Shown: positions 1-7,919, numbered from the stretch's first letter. The stretch is 64,000 nt of DNA from an uncultured Candidatus Saccharibacteria bacterium (GCA_964428845.1 CAYRZH010000001.1:74990-138989); one strand, 5' to 3'. Notes: a model not told the origin generated them from the sequence alone. A program made the numbers and translations.

Positions 1-182
1 ATATCTTTCATGAGAAATGGGTTGTGAGTATCGCGGATGTAGTCAGGATTTAGGAATTTCTGGGCAATTTCTCGACTAGTAATACCTCGCGCGGCAAGAA
101 GTTCCTGGAGAAGCTCCGGATACTCGGCAAGCTCTTCGCTTTTCGGTGTGGCAGGAGCAGTCCGGAGAGCATAATTTTCCAT
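1..182 (-). CDS. recJ: Single-stranded-DNA-specific exonuclease RecJ, N-terminal fragment (gene continues left of the window)
   Basis: Reverse-complement translation from ATG (complement of 180-182) reads MENYALRTAPATPKSEELAEYPELLQELLAARGITSREIAQKFLNPDYIRDTHNPFLMKD. The LxxRGI...AxxFLNP...HDPFLMKDM pattern is typical of the RecJ N-terminus. Not in the ORF track because it is truncated. Confidence 0.5.
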   Translation of the reverse strand, partial: MENYALRTAPATPKSEELAEYPELLQELLAARGITSREIAQKFLNPDYIRDTHNPFLMKD

Positions 183-293
183 CCTAGAATTATACAGTAT
201 GGAGATAAAGATTTTATAAAGAAAAAACCGTCTGGATATAAAAATTAATTTTTTATTGAAAGAATATTTAACAATCTTCTATACTATCGGCCT

Positions 294-689
294 ATGAACA
301 AGGATTTTGATGGATGGAGTACAAAAAAGAAAAATATTGATAAATGTAACCGCCAGACTCTCTTCAACGAAAGAGAGATTTGGTGGTGTTCTTTAGGAGT
401 TAATATAGGATTTGAACAAAATGGAGTTAACGAACTCTTTGAGAGACCTGTTCTTATTTTGAAAAAATTTAACAAGGACACACTTTGGGTGTTACCGATT
501 ACTAGATCAGCCAAAATTGGTCCATATTATTACCAGATCAGATTTCTAAATTTCCCATCGTCCATTATTCTTTCTCAAATAAGGCTCATAAGTAGCAAGC
601 GCTTGCTTCGCAGAATGAAGAAAATTAATGAGAAGGAATTTTTTGAGATAGTGAAAATGGTGAAAAATTTTCTTCCCCAAGGAGACTGA
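294..689 (+). CDS. PemK/MazF-family endoribonuclease toxin-like protein (solitary, no antitoxin seen)
   Basis: 131 aa with REIWWCSLGVNIGFEQNG....RPVLIL..FN..TLWVLPIT, matching the PemK/MazF signature GEIW.V.L.P..G.EQ.G.RP.LIV...FN...T...V.P.T. It has a roughly 30-aa N-terminal extension. A paralog lies at 25015..25434. Confidence 0.6.
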   Translation: MNKDFDGWSTKKKNIDKCNRQTLFNEREIWWCSLGVNIGFEQNGVNELFERPVLILKKFNKDTLWVLPITRSAKIGPYYYQIRFLNFPSSIILSQIRLISSKRLLRRMKKINEKEFFEIVKMVKNFLPQGD

Positions 690-906
690 TTACCAAATCG
701 AAACCCCGCTTGTGAGCGGGGTTTCTCGGGTGCCAAAGTGGCAATTTACAATCCGTATTATATTCCTTAGGGCAGGCAGAAGTCAAGCATTTCTAGATTT
801 TTCTTGATTTGTTTTGGAAAATGACTATATTTAGACACATACACGCCCCAGCCAGCCGCAAGGCCCGCTGGGGTTTTGTGTTGTTTATTGATAAAATGTA
901 TCCCAA

Positions 907-1302
907 ATGGGAAAGAAAGATACTAGTGACTGCATCTTTTGCAAAATAGTGCGCGGTGAAATCCCTTCCCATAAAGTCTACGAGAATGAGAATTTTTTGG
1001 CTTTTTTGGATATAAATCCGCGCTCCCCTGGCCACACTCTCTTGATACCAAAAAAACACCTTCGCTGGGTTTGGGATATTGAAGCGGATCGGTCTGTTTC
1101 GCCCAACATAGCAGAATATTTCGAATTGGCTCACAAGATCGCCAACGCACAACGCCGTGCTTTCGGAACAGAGATGATCCTTTCTAGGATTACAGGCGAG
1201 GAGGTAGCCCACGCTCACACATGGATATTTCCAGACTTAAAACTCGAGGGTGATAAAAAAGATTTTGCGGGGAACTTGGAGAAGATTAAGAGGTTTTTGT
1301 AG
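907..1302 (+). CDS. HIT-family (histidine triad) nucleotide hydrolase
   Basis: CIFCKIVRGEIPSHKVYENENFLAFLDINPRSPGHTLLIPKKH plus the histidine triad AHAHTW. Confidence 0.8.
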   Translation: MGKKDTSDCIFCKIVRGEIPSHKVYENENFLAFLDINPRSPGHTLLIPKKHLRWVWDIEADRSVSPNIAEYFELAHKIANAQRRAFGTEMILSRITGEEVAHAHTWIFPDLKLEGDKKDFAGNLEKIKRFL

Positions 1303-1351
1303 AAAATATATAAAACGCACATCCCAGCTAAAGCTGGAGGTTTATGGTATT

Positions 1352-1383
1352 AAAAAAGAGGCCACCCACTTGCGTAGATGGCC
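1352..1383 (-). terminator. Putative intrinsic terminator downstream of the DGR target gene
   Basis: On the minus strand, hairpin ggcca(N14)tggcc (1360-1383) is followed by a T-run (complement of A-run 1352-1357). Confidence 0.4.
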
Positions 1384-1444
1384 CCGAAATTCGCGAATTC
1401 AAGAATCAATTTTTCAAAAGATTCAAGAATTCAATGTGCAAGGA

Positions 1445-2257
1445 TCATTGCTTCCGAGCAGACGCCACACCAAGGTAGCCGACGCGGTCGCTGCCCCAGC
1501 CGTCGTTGACGACGAGCCCGCCCTGGCCGAAGCGGCCGACACAGACACGGCAGCCGAACGAGTCGAGACTGGATGTCCGAACGTAGATGTCTTCGAAGAG
1601 CCGGATACCACGAACTTCGAAGTAGGTCGTGATAAACCAGCTCATCTCGGCGGCATTCGGCACCTTCTCGAGTGCAGAGAGAAGCTTGCCCTGCTCGTTC
1701 CAGGTTTTGCTGGTCGAGTTCGAAACAACCGTCTTTTTGACCATGAGCCACCCGAAGGACGTCCTGTCCTCGCGAGCGAATTTCTGATCGGCATACCACC
1801 CACCCGTCTTCGAGTAGAAGTGGGCGGACTGGATCTCCCGAACCTCGAGCGTGGACATCGCTTTGGGCGGCGCAGGCATGATGGCGTAACCGTTGTCCTT
1901 GCACCATCTGAGCACATCTTCCGATGGCAGACTTCCGGCAAGTGCCGTGATCTGCTCATCGGTGTAAACGAGTGCTCCGCGAGCCTTGGTGACTTCCTCC
2001 GGCGTGATGAAATCCGCCCCGAGGATTGACTGCACCACACCGTAGTCGGGTGCTTTTGCCGAGAAGCGACGGATGCCTTCTGCGAGGTACGCAGCAAAGC
2101 CGCGATGCTCGTTCAGGATCTGTGCGCCTTTTTCGGTGAGTCTGGCCTTGTTGTATTGGGCGCGGAACAGTTGGACAGCCGTTTGTCCTTTGCGACTGTC
2201 TGCGGTTACCAATGCAGACGTGTTCAATGTTTTCGTTTTCATCGACATCATCTCCAT
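1445..2257 (-). CDS. DGR target (variable) protein with a C-terminal VR and an unknown N-terminal domain. The true start may be the downstream Met, giving MKTKTLN
   Basis: A 270-aa ORF about 60% GC in an otherwise AT-rich window. Its last roughly 38 codons (…RVCVGRFGQGGLVVNDGWGSDRVGYLGVASARKQ*) are the VR. The TR encodes …RVYVGNFDQNGLNVNNNWDNNRNDNLGVASARQS, so the Asn (AAC) codons have been diversified. Confidence 0.8.
   Translation of the reverse strand: MEMMSMKTKTLNTSALVTADSRKGQTAVQLFRAQYNKARLTEKGAQILNEHRGFAAYLAEGIRRFSAKAPDYGVVQSILGADFITPEEVTKARGALVYTDEQITALAGSLPSEDVLRWCKDNGYAIMPAPPKAMSTLEVREIQSAHFYSKTGGWYADQKFAREDRTSFGWLMVKKTVVSNSTSKTWNEQGKLLSALEKVPNAAEMSWFITTYFEVRGIRLFEDIYVRTSSLDSFGCRVCVGRFGQGGLVVNDGWGSDRVGYLGVASARKQ
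1454..1569 (-). repeat. DGR variable repeat (VR), 116 bp, at the 3' end of the target gene. The 3' 23 bp are identical to TR (an IMH-like segment, ccttggtgtggcgtctgctcgg)
   Basis: Hand alignment of the reverse complement of 1454-1569 against TR 2696-2810 gives 22 differences over 115 bp, every one at a TR adenine (30 A's in TR, 22 substituted) and zero at C/G/T positions. The ends are identical (tctcgact… and …ccttggtgtggcgtctgctcgg). Confidence 0.85.
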
Positions 2258-2297
2258 TTACTGATTTTCCGCAAACGTGCGGACACGACTGCCTCGG

Positions 2298-2349
2298 AAT
2301 GAGACGAGTTTTCTAGGGCCAGCTTAAGCCTCAAAAAACTCGTCTCATT
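2298..2349. repeat. Perfect 15-bp inverted repeat (aatgagacgagtttt / aaaactcgtctcatt) with a 22-nt loop, between the target gene start and TR
   Basis: Left arm 2298-2312 and right arm 2335-2349 are exact reverse complements. There is no flanking T-run, so it is not a canonical terminator. Confidence 0.6.
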
Positions 2350-2695
2350 TCAATAATCCTATTTCAAAGAATCTGTTTACATTGTATCAAACTATGGCCA
2401 GTTTGTCAATCCAAAAGAACGGCTCTAATGCTATACAATATAGCTATCTTGCTAATGAAGGCTAGGCCACGGTTTAGCCTCGCGAGATGCCTCATCTTTG
2501 AGATATCGTCAGAATGCCAGAGGTTTAAGGATCTTGGTAGAGTACGATCAAAGGTAGGGATTGAACTTCTTGCTCGCTTTTAAAGGAGATCTTTTATAAA
2601 AAGTGCTCTTAAATAAAATTCAGAAGTAAAAGGATATAGATTCTCTTGGAATAGTAAACCTTGAACTTCGGTGTCATGGACAAAGGCGAGCAACA

Positions 2696-2810
2696 TCTCG
2701 ACTCGAACGGCAACCGTGTCTATGTCGGCAACTTCGACCAGAACGGGCTCAACGTCAACAACAACTGGGACAACAACCGCAACGACAACCTTGGTGTGGC
2801 GTCTGCTCGG
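2696..2810 (+). repeat. DGR template repeat (TR), 115 bp, sense on the plus strand, the same direction as the RT
   Basis: Adenine-rich in AAC codons (encoded frame SNGNRVYVGNFDQNGLNVNNNWDNNRNDNLGVASARQ). It is the cognate of VR, with mismatches only at adenines. Confidence 0.85.
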
Positions 2811-2860
2811 CAGTCATCCTCCTTACCATAAGAAATTCTCATCATCCGATGGGAATTTCT

Positions 2861-3211
2861 TTATATGTTTTTTGAAGACCTTAGCCAACCCCCAAGCATT
2901 CTTCCGATTTCATCTACTCCCTCCTCAAAAACGATGTATCTCTTAGTATCAATTGCTCTTGTGTCCTTAGCAAGACGAATGAAGACCCTTAGAAGATTGA
3001 GTTTAAGACTAACCCTCTCTAGAACTTGCACTTTCGATAAACCCTTAGTTTGACTCGCCTGAAGTAGTCCCTCTATCACATCAAGCATATAGTTTTCACA
3101 TCGAATCCATACGGTATATCGGTCTTGTTTTGGAACAGAAACTCTAAATTCACAGAAGTTTTTATAGATTGTGTAGGATTTGTTAAATATCGGGATATCA
3201 AAATCATTCAT
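2861..3211 (-). CDS. avd: Accessory variability determinant (Avd)-like four-helix-bundle protein, also known as the 23S rRNA intervening-sequence protein family
   Basis: 116 aa, MNDFDIP…DRYTVWIRCENYMLDVIEG…RYIVFEEGVDEIGRMLGGWLRSSKNI, which resembles the Avd / TIGR02436 pattern F..L.VW……L.SQ.RRAA.SI..NIAEG……Y……E..KML.GLI.SL. I checked the start by reverse-complementing 3197-3211 to atgaatgattttgat. It is transcribed divergently from the RT. Confidence 0.6.
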   Translation of the reverse strand: MNDFDIPIFNKSYTIYKNFCEFRVSVPKQDRYTVWIRCENYMLDVIEGLLQASQTKGLSKVQVLERVSLKLNLLRVFIRLAKDTRAIDTKRYIVFEEGVDEIGRMLGGWLRSSKNI

Positions 3212-3213
3212 AT

Positions 3214-4287
3214 TATGAAATTATTTAATAAAACTTTTGAACAGATAACTTCTTCAGATAATCTTTTCTCAGCATGGGAGATATTTAAGGAAGATAAGAA
3301 GAACAAACCTGATGTCGCGAACTTTGGAAAAAAGATTGAAGAGAATATTTTTGAGATGCAACGCGAACTTAGAAACAAAACTTACAAACATAGTGTTTAT
3401 AGTGGTTTTTATGTTTACGATCCAAAGAGAAGACACATCCACAAGGCCACTGTTCGCGACAGAGTCCTGCATCATGCTATTTTTAGAGTTCTTAATCCTA
3501 TATTCGAGCCTACCTTCATTGCCCATTCCTTCTCCTGCAGGGTCGATAAAGGAACTCACAAAGGAGTAGAGATTCTCTCTGGCATGCTTAGAAAGGTTAG
3601 CAAAAATCTCACGAAATCTTGTTGGGCACTTAAATGTGACGTGAAGAAATTTTTTGACACCATTGATCACCAAATTCTTATAGAAATTCTGGAAAGAAGA
3701 ATAAAGGATCCGGATTGCTTGTGGCTTCTTGAAGAAATTATTGGGAGCTATGATACTGGAGCCGAGTTTATGAGAGAGAGAGAGAGAGTTTGGCGCTTCG
3801 CGCCAACAAGAAAGGGGTGCCTATTGGGAACCTCACTTCCCAACTCTTTGCCAATGTTTACATGAATGAATTTGATCAGTTTATTAAACATACATTAAAA
3901 ATAAAATATTATGCGAGATATACTGATGATTTTGTAATTGTCTCCGATAGTCGTGAATATCTGAACGGCTTGATCACCTCTATCAATAATTTTTTCGAAA
4001 CCAATCTAAAACTCAAGCTACACCCCGGGAAAATAGACATTCGAAAATATAAGAATGGTATTGATTTTCTAGGATACGTTATCTTGCCTCATTACAAAGT
4101 AATGCGAAAACGGACACGAAAAAGAATACTACGAAAATTTAAAACAAAAGTCCATGACTACCGACAAGGAAAAATTTCAGGAGAAAGTCTAAATCAGTCT
4201 CTACAATCCTACTTAGGCTCTTTATCACATGCAAACGAACACAAATTTAGTGAGTATTTAAAAAATCAATCTTGGTTTATTGATTAA
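3214..4287 (+). pseudogene. DGR-type reverse transcriptase, whose reading frame is interrupted at a (GA)8 tract. Segment 1 runs 3214-3865 in frame 2 and segment 2 runs from about 3784 to 4287 in frame 1
   Basis: RT motifs are present: SCRVDKGTHKGVE, ALKCDVKKFFDTIDH, GVPIGNLTSQLFANVYMNEFD (the DGR-specific I/LGxxxSQ in place of the group II intron QGxxxSP), YARYTDDFVIV (YxDD) and IDFLGYVI. Combined length is about 390 aa with no maturase or endonuclease domain. There is strong similarity to Bordetella phage bRT blocks, as recalled from memory. The two ORF-track pieces (3125..3865 and 3790..4287) are in different frames. Confidence 0.8.
3772..3806 (+). repeat. (GA)8G dinucleotide microsatellite (3772-3788) immediately followed by the perfect hairpin ttggcgc-ttc-gcgccaa (3790-3806) inside the RT gene. 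This is the site of the frame break
   Basis: Read directly from the sequence. One GA unit fewer, or a 1-nt insertion, would fuse the two RT segments into one frame. Confidence 0.8.
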
Positions 4288-4288
4288 A

Positions 4289-5416
4289 TTAGGTGAGCGA
4301 CTTAGAAAGTGCCTCCACTCCCGGCAATGTCTCATTCACCAAAAAGTCGAGCATCGCCCCTCCCGCAGTAGAGAGGAAGGTAAACTTATCTTCGAGCTCG
4401 AGGGACTTGATCGAGGCAGTAGTATCTCCCCCACCGACAATCGATTCCACATTTGATTCGGCGATTATTTTTGCTAGATTTTCGGTACTTTCGCGGAAAC
4501 CGATCTCGTAGTTACCTAGAGGGCCGTTCCACAGTACAAAGCGCGAAACGTCCACGAGTTCTCTAAGTTGAGTAACCGTAGCTGGGCCGACGTCCCAGAT
4601 AGAGTCTGTCGTTTCAACTTGGTCCGGCAACTTCACGAGTCTACCAATATCATTTTGGACAACAACATCGACAGGAAGGATGACTTTGCCACTTTCGAGA
4701 AGTTCCTTTAAATGGAAATCTCCTTCAGAAACCACCGAGCGGCCGACTTCAAACCCTTTTTCTCGGAAAAAGTTATTGGCTAGAGCTCCGCCGACAAAGA
4801 TATAGTTGGCAAGCTTCAGGAACTTGTCGATTGCTGGTATTTTGGTGTCGAACTTCGCACCACCCAGGATAAAAAGAAAGGGTTTTGCTGGACTAAATGC
4901 TCGAGAGAGATTTTCGATTTCCTTTTTAAAAAGAAAGCCGGCAAATCCAGGTATTAGTTTTGGTATTCCAACGATGGAGGCATGTTTTCTGTGAGAAGCA
5001 GAGAAAGCTTCGTTGACGTAGATATCACCGTACGAAGCAAGAGTTTTTGCAAAACCCTCATCGTTATCTTTTTCACCAGGATTCCTACGTAAATTTTCGA
5101 GAAGAATAATCTCGCCGTCTCCAATATCGGTGAGGGCTTGATCGAGCTCGGAAGATGGGTATTCACTGACAAATTTCAAAGGGAAAAAATTTTGCAGATA
5201 GATAGAGATTGGCTCGAGCGAATCCCCACCCTTCCCCTCTAGGTGACTGATGATAATTGTCTTCGCTCCAGCATTTCTCAGAAACTCAATCGTCGGAAGT
5301 GACTGCACGATACGAAAATCGTCGTCGATCTTGCCATCGATAATGGGCACGTTTAGGTCGAGTCTTAGTAAGATACGTTTTCCCTTAAGATTTCCGGCTT
5401 CGTTGATAGTTTTCAT
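4289..5416 (-). CDS. pgk: Phosphoglycerate kinase
   Basis: 375 aa; KRILLRLDLNVPIIDGKIDDDFRIVQSLPTIEFL… is a typical PGK N-terminal domain, and the Gly-rich C-terminal nucleotide-binding region is present. Confidence 0.9.
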   Translation of the reverse strand: MKTINEAGNLKGKRILLRLDLNVPIIDGKIDDDFRIVQSLPTIEFLRNAGAKTIIISHLEGKGGDSLEPISIYLQNFFPLKFVSEYPSSELDQALTDIGDGEIILLENLRRNPGEKDNDEGFAKTLASYGDIYVNEAFSASHRKHASIVGIPKLIPGFAGFLFKKEIENLSRAFSPAKPFLFILGGAKFDTKIPAIDKFLKLANYIFVGGALANNFFREKGFEVGRSVVSEGDFHLKELLESGKVILPVDVVVQNDIGRLVKLPDQVETTDSIWDVGPATVTQLRELVDVSRFVLWNGPLGNYEIGFRESTENLAKIIAESNVESIVGGGDTTASIKSLELEDKFTFLSTAGGAMLDFLVNETLPGVEALSKSLT

Positions 5417-5440
5417 AGTTATAGATCTGAAGGCTTTCAG

Positions 5441-5615
5441 AGCGTATGTTTTAGAGAGTCCGCAGGAAGATTTGCATGGTCTGTCAAGTTGGCCAGATAT
5501 CTAGGTTGGATTTCTTGCATAGTTACCTGGCCAACTTTACAGAAATCTTCCGAGGATGAGGAAAATCTCCAGCTGGGGAGATTTTCCGCTCTCTAAAACA
5601 TACGCTCTGAAAGCC
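5441..5615. repeat. Nested-palindrome structured element between tpiA and pgk (within the minus-strand operon)
   Basis: A perfect 27-bp inverted repeat ggctttcagagcgtatgttttagagag (5441-5467 / 5589-5615). Inside it are inner inverted repeats gtcaagttggccag / ctggccaactttac and the perfect hairpin ggaaaatctcc-agctgg-ggagattttcc (5569-5596). Confidence 0.7.
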
Positions 5616-5618
5616 GTT

Positions 5619-6398
5619 TTACTCATAATCCTTAACCGAATCCACAATCCTCAAGATGTCACCGAAACTTTTGGGGCTTAAGCTCTCGCGCCCCACCAAG
5701 AGACCATTCACATGCCCATCTCGTATAATGTTTTCGGCATTAAAAGAACTCACCGATCCACCATAGAGTATTGGCACTTCCGGGGCTGTCGACATGTCAT
5801 AGATTTCCCCCAAAATTTTTCTTATATAAATCACCATTTCATAAATATCTGAACCTTTCATCACATACCTGTCACTTTTCCCGATTTCCCATATCGGCTC
5901 ATAAGCTATGGTGAGATTGGAAAGATACCTTTTCTGAACTTTGGCCAGACCTTTAATGATTTCCTGTCTTATGACTTCCAGGTATGCGCCGTCTTCATCA
6001 CGAGTTTCTTCGCCGATACAGAAAATCACCTTGAGGTCTTCGTGAAATGCCGCGATGATTTTTCTGTTTACTGCTTCGTCGCTATCTCCAAGGGCACGCC
6101 GCTCGGAGTGACCGATAATGACATGCGTTGCCGCGAGATTTCGAAGCATGACAGGGCTCGTCTCGCCTGTATACGCTCCGGAAAACTTGTCGAATACGTC
6201 TTGAGCTCCCACCTCTACCCTGGGAGCCACATTTTTAGCAAGAATTGGCAAATATACAAAAGGAACACATACTACTGCGTCAGTGTTTTGAAGATTTTTG
6301 ACCGATCGTTTGATCCCAGAAAAGATACTCCGTGCTTCCTCTAGGCTGTCTGGGTTCATCTTCCAGTTCCCTACCACTTTGTGTCTTGATTTTTTCAC
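5619..6398 (-). CDS. tpiA: Triosephosphate isomerase
   Basis: VVGNWKMNPDSLEEA… and IGHSERR are canonical TIM motifs. Confidence 0.9.
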   Translation of the reverse strand: MKKSRHKVVGNWKMNPDSLEEARSIFSGIKRSVKNLQNTDAVVCVPFVYLPILAKNVAPRVEVGAQDVFDKFSGAYTGETSPVMLRNLAATHVIIGHSERRALGDSDEAVNRKIIAAFHEDLKVIFCIGEETRDEDGAYLEVIRQEIIKGLAKVQKRYLSNLTIAYEPIWEIGKSDRYVMKGSDIYEMVIYIRKILGEIYDMSTAPEVPILYGGSVSSFNAENIIRDGHVNGLLVGRESLSPKSFGDILRIVDSVKDYE

Positions 6399-6416
6399 AC
6401 GGTAATTTTAACACAA

Positions 6417-7919
6417 CTAGAACTCTTCCCAAGATATGGTTGTATATTGGTCGGAGGTCAGTGGGAAGCTGGGCGGCGGGTTGTATAGAAGATTGGCATC
6501 GTAATTTATGGTTCTCAATACATAGCCAGAACCGTCGGTGTAGGCAAAACCATAACGCAGATATGTCGCAATCATGCCATAGAGCGTGATCGCTGGACGA
6601 GTGTGGTATGGAAAGCAGCGTGCCGTACCTCCTGCCGCAGGCCAATTGGCATTTGGTCGATAATAATATCTGCCGACTCTTCCATTTTGGGCGATCACTG
6701 CGGCGTCTATACGTAGATCATTTTTACTTACCATCCCCACATTTATATTATCTTGAGCCATGAGAGCCACGATGTCTTGACCGTCGTAGTTTGTATAAAT
6801 CAGGTCATTGTTTACAGTTATACTCGTCCTTGTGGCGGGATTGTCTGGAAATCTCCCAGAAGCGATAGTCAGACGCGCCGTCTCTACCTCTCCCTCGACC
6901 CAGACGTTGTCCTCGACAAAGATCAAACCATTTGTTGGGAAGGCATAAGTTTGTACAAATTGGGTGTTGTTCACACTCCAAGACCCCCAACCTGTTTGAT
7001 TTAGATAATTGGTACAACCAGTTGGTGGATTTACCAGAGAGGTAACTCTGTATAGATCAAATGTATCAGTTTTTTTGAGCACTATTTTATACCCAAGAAC
7101 CCCAGAAGCGGCAAAGTATCTGCCATTCGCTTGAGCATCGGTTTTTATCTGGGCAAGATCAGTAGTAAAACCAACGAAATCAACTGCCGGAACTGGAAAT
7201 TGCCGCCCAGCTTCAAACACATCGGCGCGGTTTGGCACTGGCGATGTCGGTGGCGCCTCAAGTGGTCTGAAGGTGTCATCTATTCCCGTTCCTGGTGGTG
7301 CATTGACGTGCGTATGCACACCAAACTCGTTGTTACCAGTATGATCAGGATCGTTATAGTCGGGTCGTGCGCTCGTGACCAGGTTGTGAGCAAGGCCATC
7401 GAAACGGATTCCCCCATTCGAATGGATTGGTCCAAAAACTTCAGTGCCCTGTCCAAAACGCATATCACTATTTGAAACAAATGCGTACTTAGCAAGAGAC
7501 GGCACAGCAAGCTTTGTTCTGACTTTTCTTGAGACCGAAGGTTCTTCGACCACCTTCCCCTCCGATTCGATGGTCACTATGGTCGATCCGATCGGTGGAG
7601 CAGTTATATTGAGCGTGAATGTACCGATAAGAACATCGTCTTTATCATAAAAATTGTGAACATAAGGACCCGGTTGGCCAGTACCATCCATAAAATCCTG
7701 TGGGGCATGCGCCAAGTGCCACCTGTAGTAATCAACACCAGATTCGGCAATCTGAATCGCCCGCTCACGAGAAACTGCCAGATGGGATGCTTTCATGTTT
7801 ACACCTGCCCAAGCCACGATAGCGCTTATGATCACAACAGCGACCCCGCCGAAAACCACAGCCTGGATCAAGACAAATCCGTTTTCATCTGAAATATTTT
7901 TTTCCCGAGATTTTTTCAT
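6417..7919 (-). CDS. Large pseudopilin / type IV pilus minor pilin-like protein
   Basis: An N-terminal prepilin-like segment (ENGFVLIQAVVFGGVAVVIISAIVAW) followed by a roughly 450-aa extracellular domain. It lies in an operon with pilB and pilC. Confidence 0.5.
   Translation of the reverse strand: MKKSREKNISDENGFVLIQAVVFGGVAVVIISAIVAWAGVNMKASHLAVSRERAIQIAESGVDYYRWHLAHAPQDFMDGTGQPGPYVHNFYDKDDVLIGTFTLNITAPPIGSTIVTIESEGKVVEEPSVSRKVRTKLAVPSLAKYAFVSNSDMRFGQGTEVFGPIHSNGGIRFDGLAHNLVTSARPDYNDPDHTGNNEFGVHTHVNAPPGTGIDDTFRPLEAPPTSPVPNRADVFEAGRQFPVPAVDFVGFTTDLAQIKTDAQANGRYFAASGVLGYKIVLKKTDTFDLYRVTSLVNPPTGCTNYLNQTGWGSWSVNNTQFVQTYAFPTNGLIFVEDNVWVEGEVETARLTIASGRFPDNPATRTSITVNNDLIYTNYDGQDIVALMAQDNINVGMVSKNDLRIDAAVIAQNGRVGRYYYRPNANWPAAGGTARCFPYHTRPAITLYGMIATYLRYGFAYTDGSGYVLRTINYDANLLYNPPPSFPLTSDQYTTISWEEF

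Noticed and set aside
1250-2029. Plus-strand 259-aa ORF, plus minus-strand ORFs 1431..1907 and 1642..2097, overlapping the DGR target gene
   Set aside because: These are spurious long ORFs caused by high GC content. Only the minus-strand frame 1445..2257 ends in the VR that matches the TR-encoded peptide.
2671-2946. 91-aa ORF over TR (and 62-aa ORF 1423..1611 over VR) sharing the peptide ATLVWRLLGS
   Set aside because: These are alternate-frame read-throughs of the TR/VR repeat itself and are not genes. The shared peptide is just the shared DNA.
3125-4287. Interpretation of the reverse transcriptase as a group II intron
   Set aside because: There is no maturase (X) or endonuclease domain. 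The total length is about 390 aa. Motif 4 is IGNLTSQ (DGR-type), not QGxxxSP. There are no recognisable intron domain V/VI sequences. A cognate TR/VR pair is present.
5441-5615. CRISPR array or tRNA in the tpiA-pgk spacer
   Set aside because: There is a single inverted repeat pair, not direct repeats with spacers. There is no cloverleaf. I interpret it as a structured intercistronic element.
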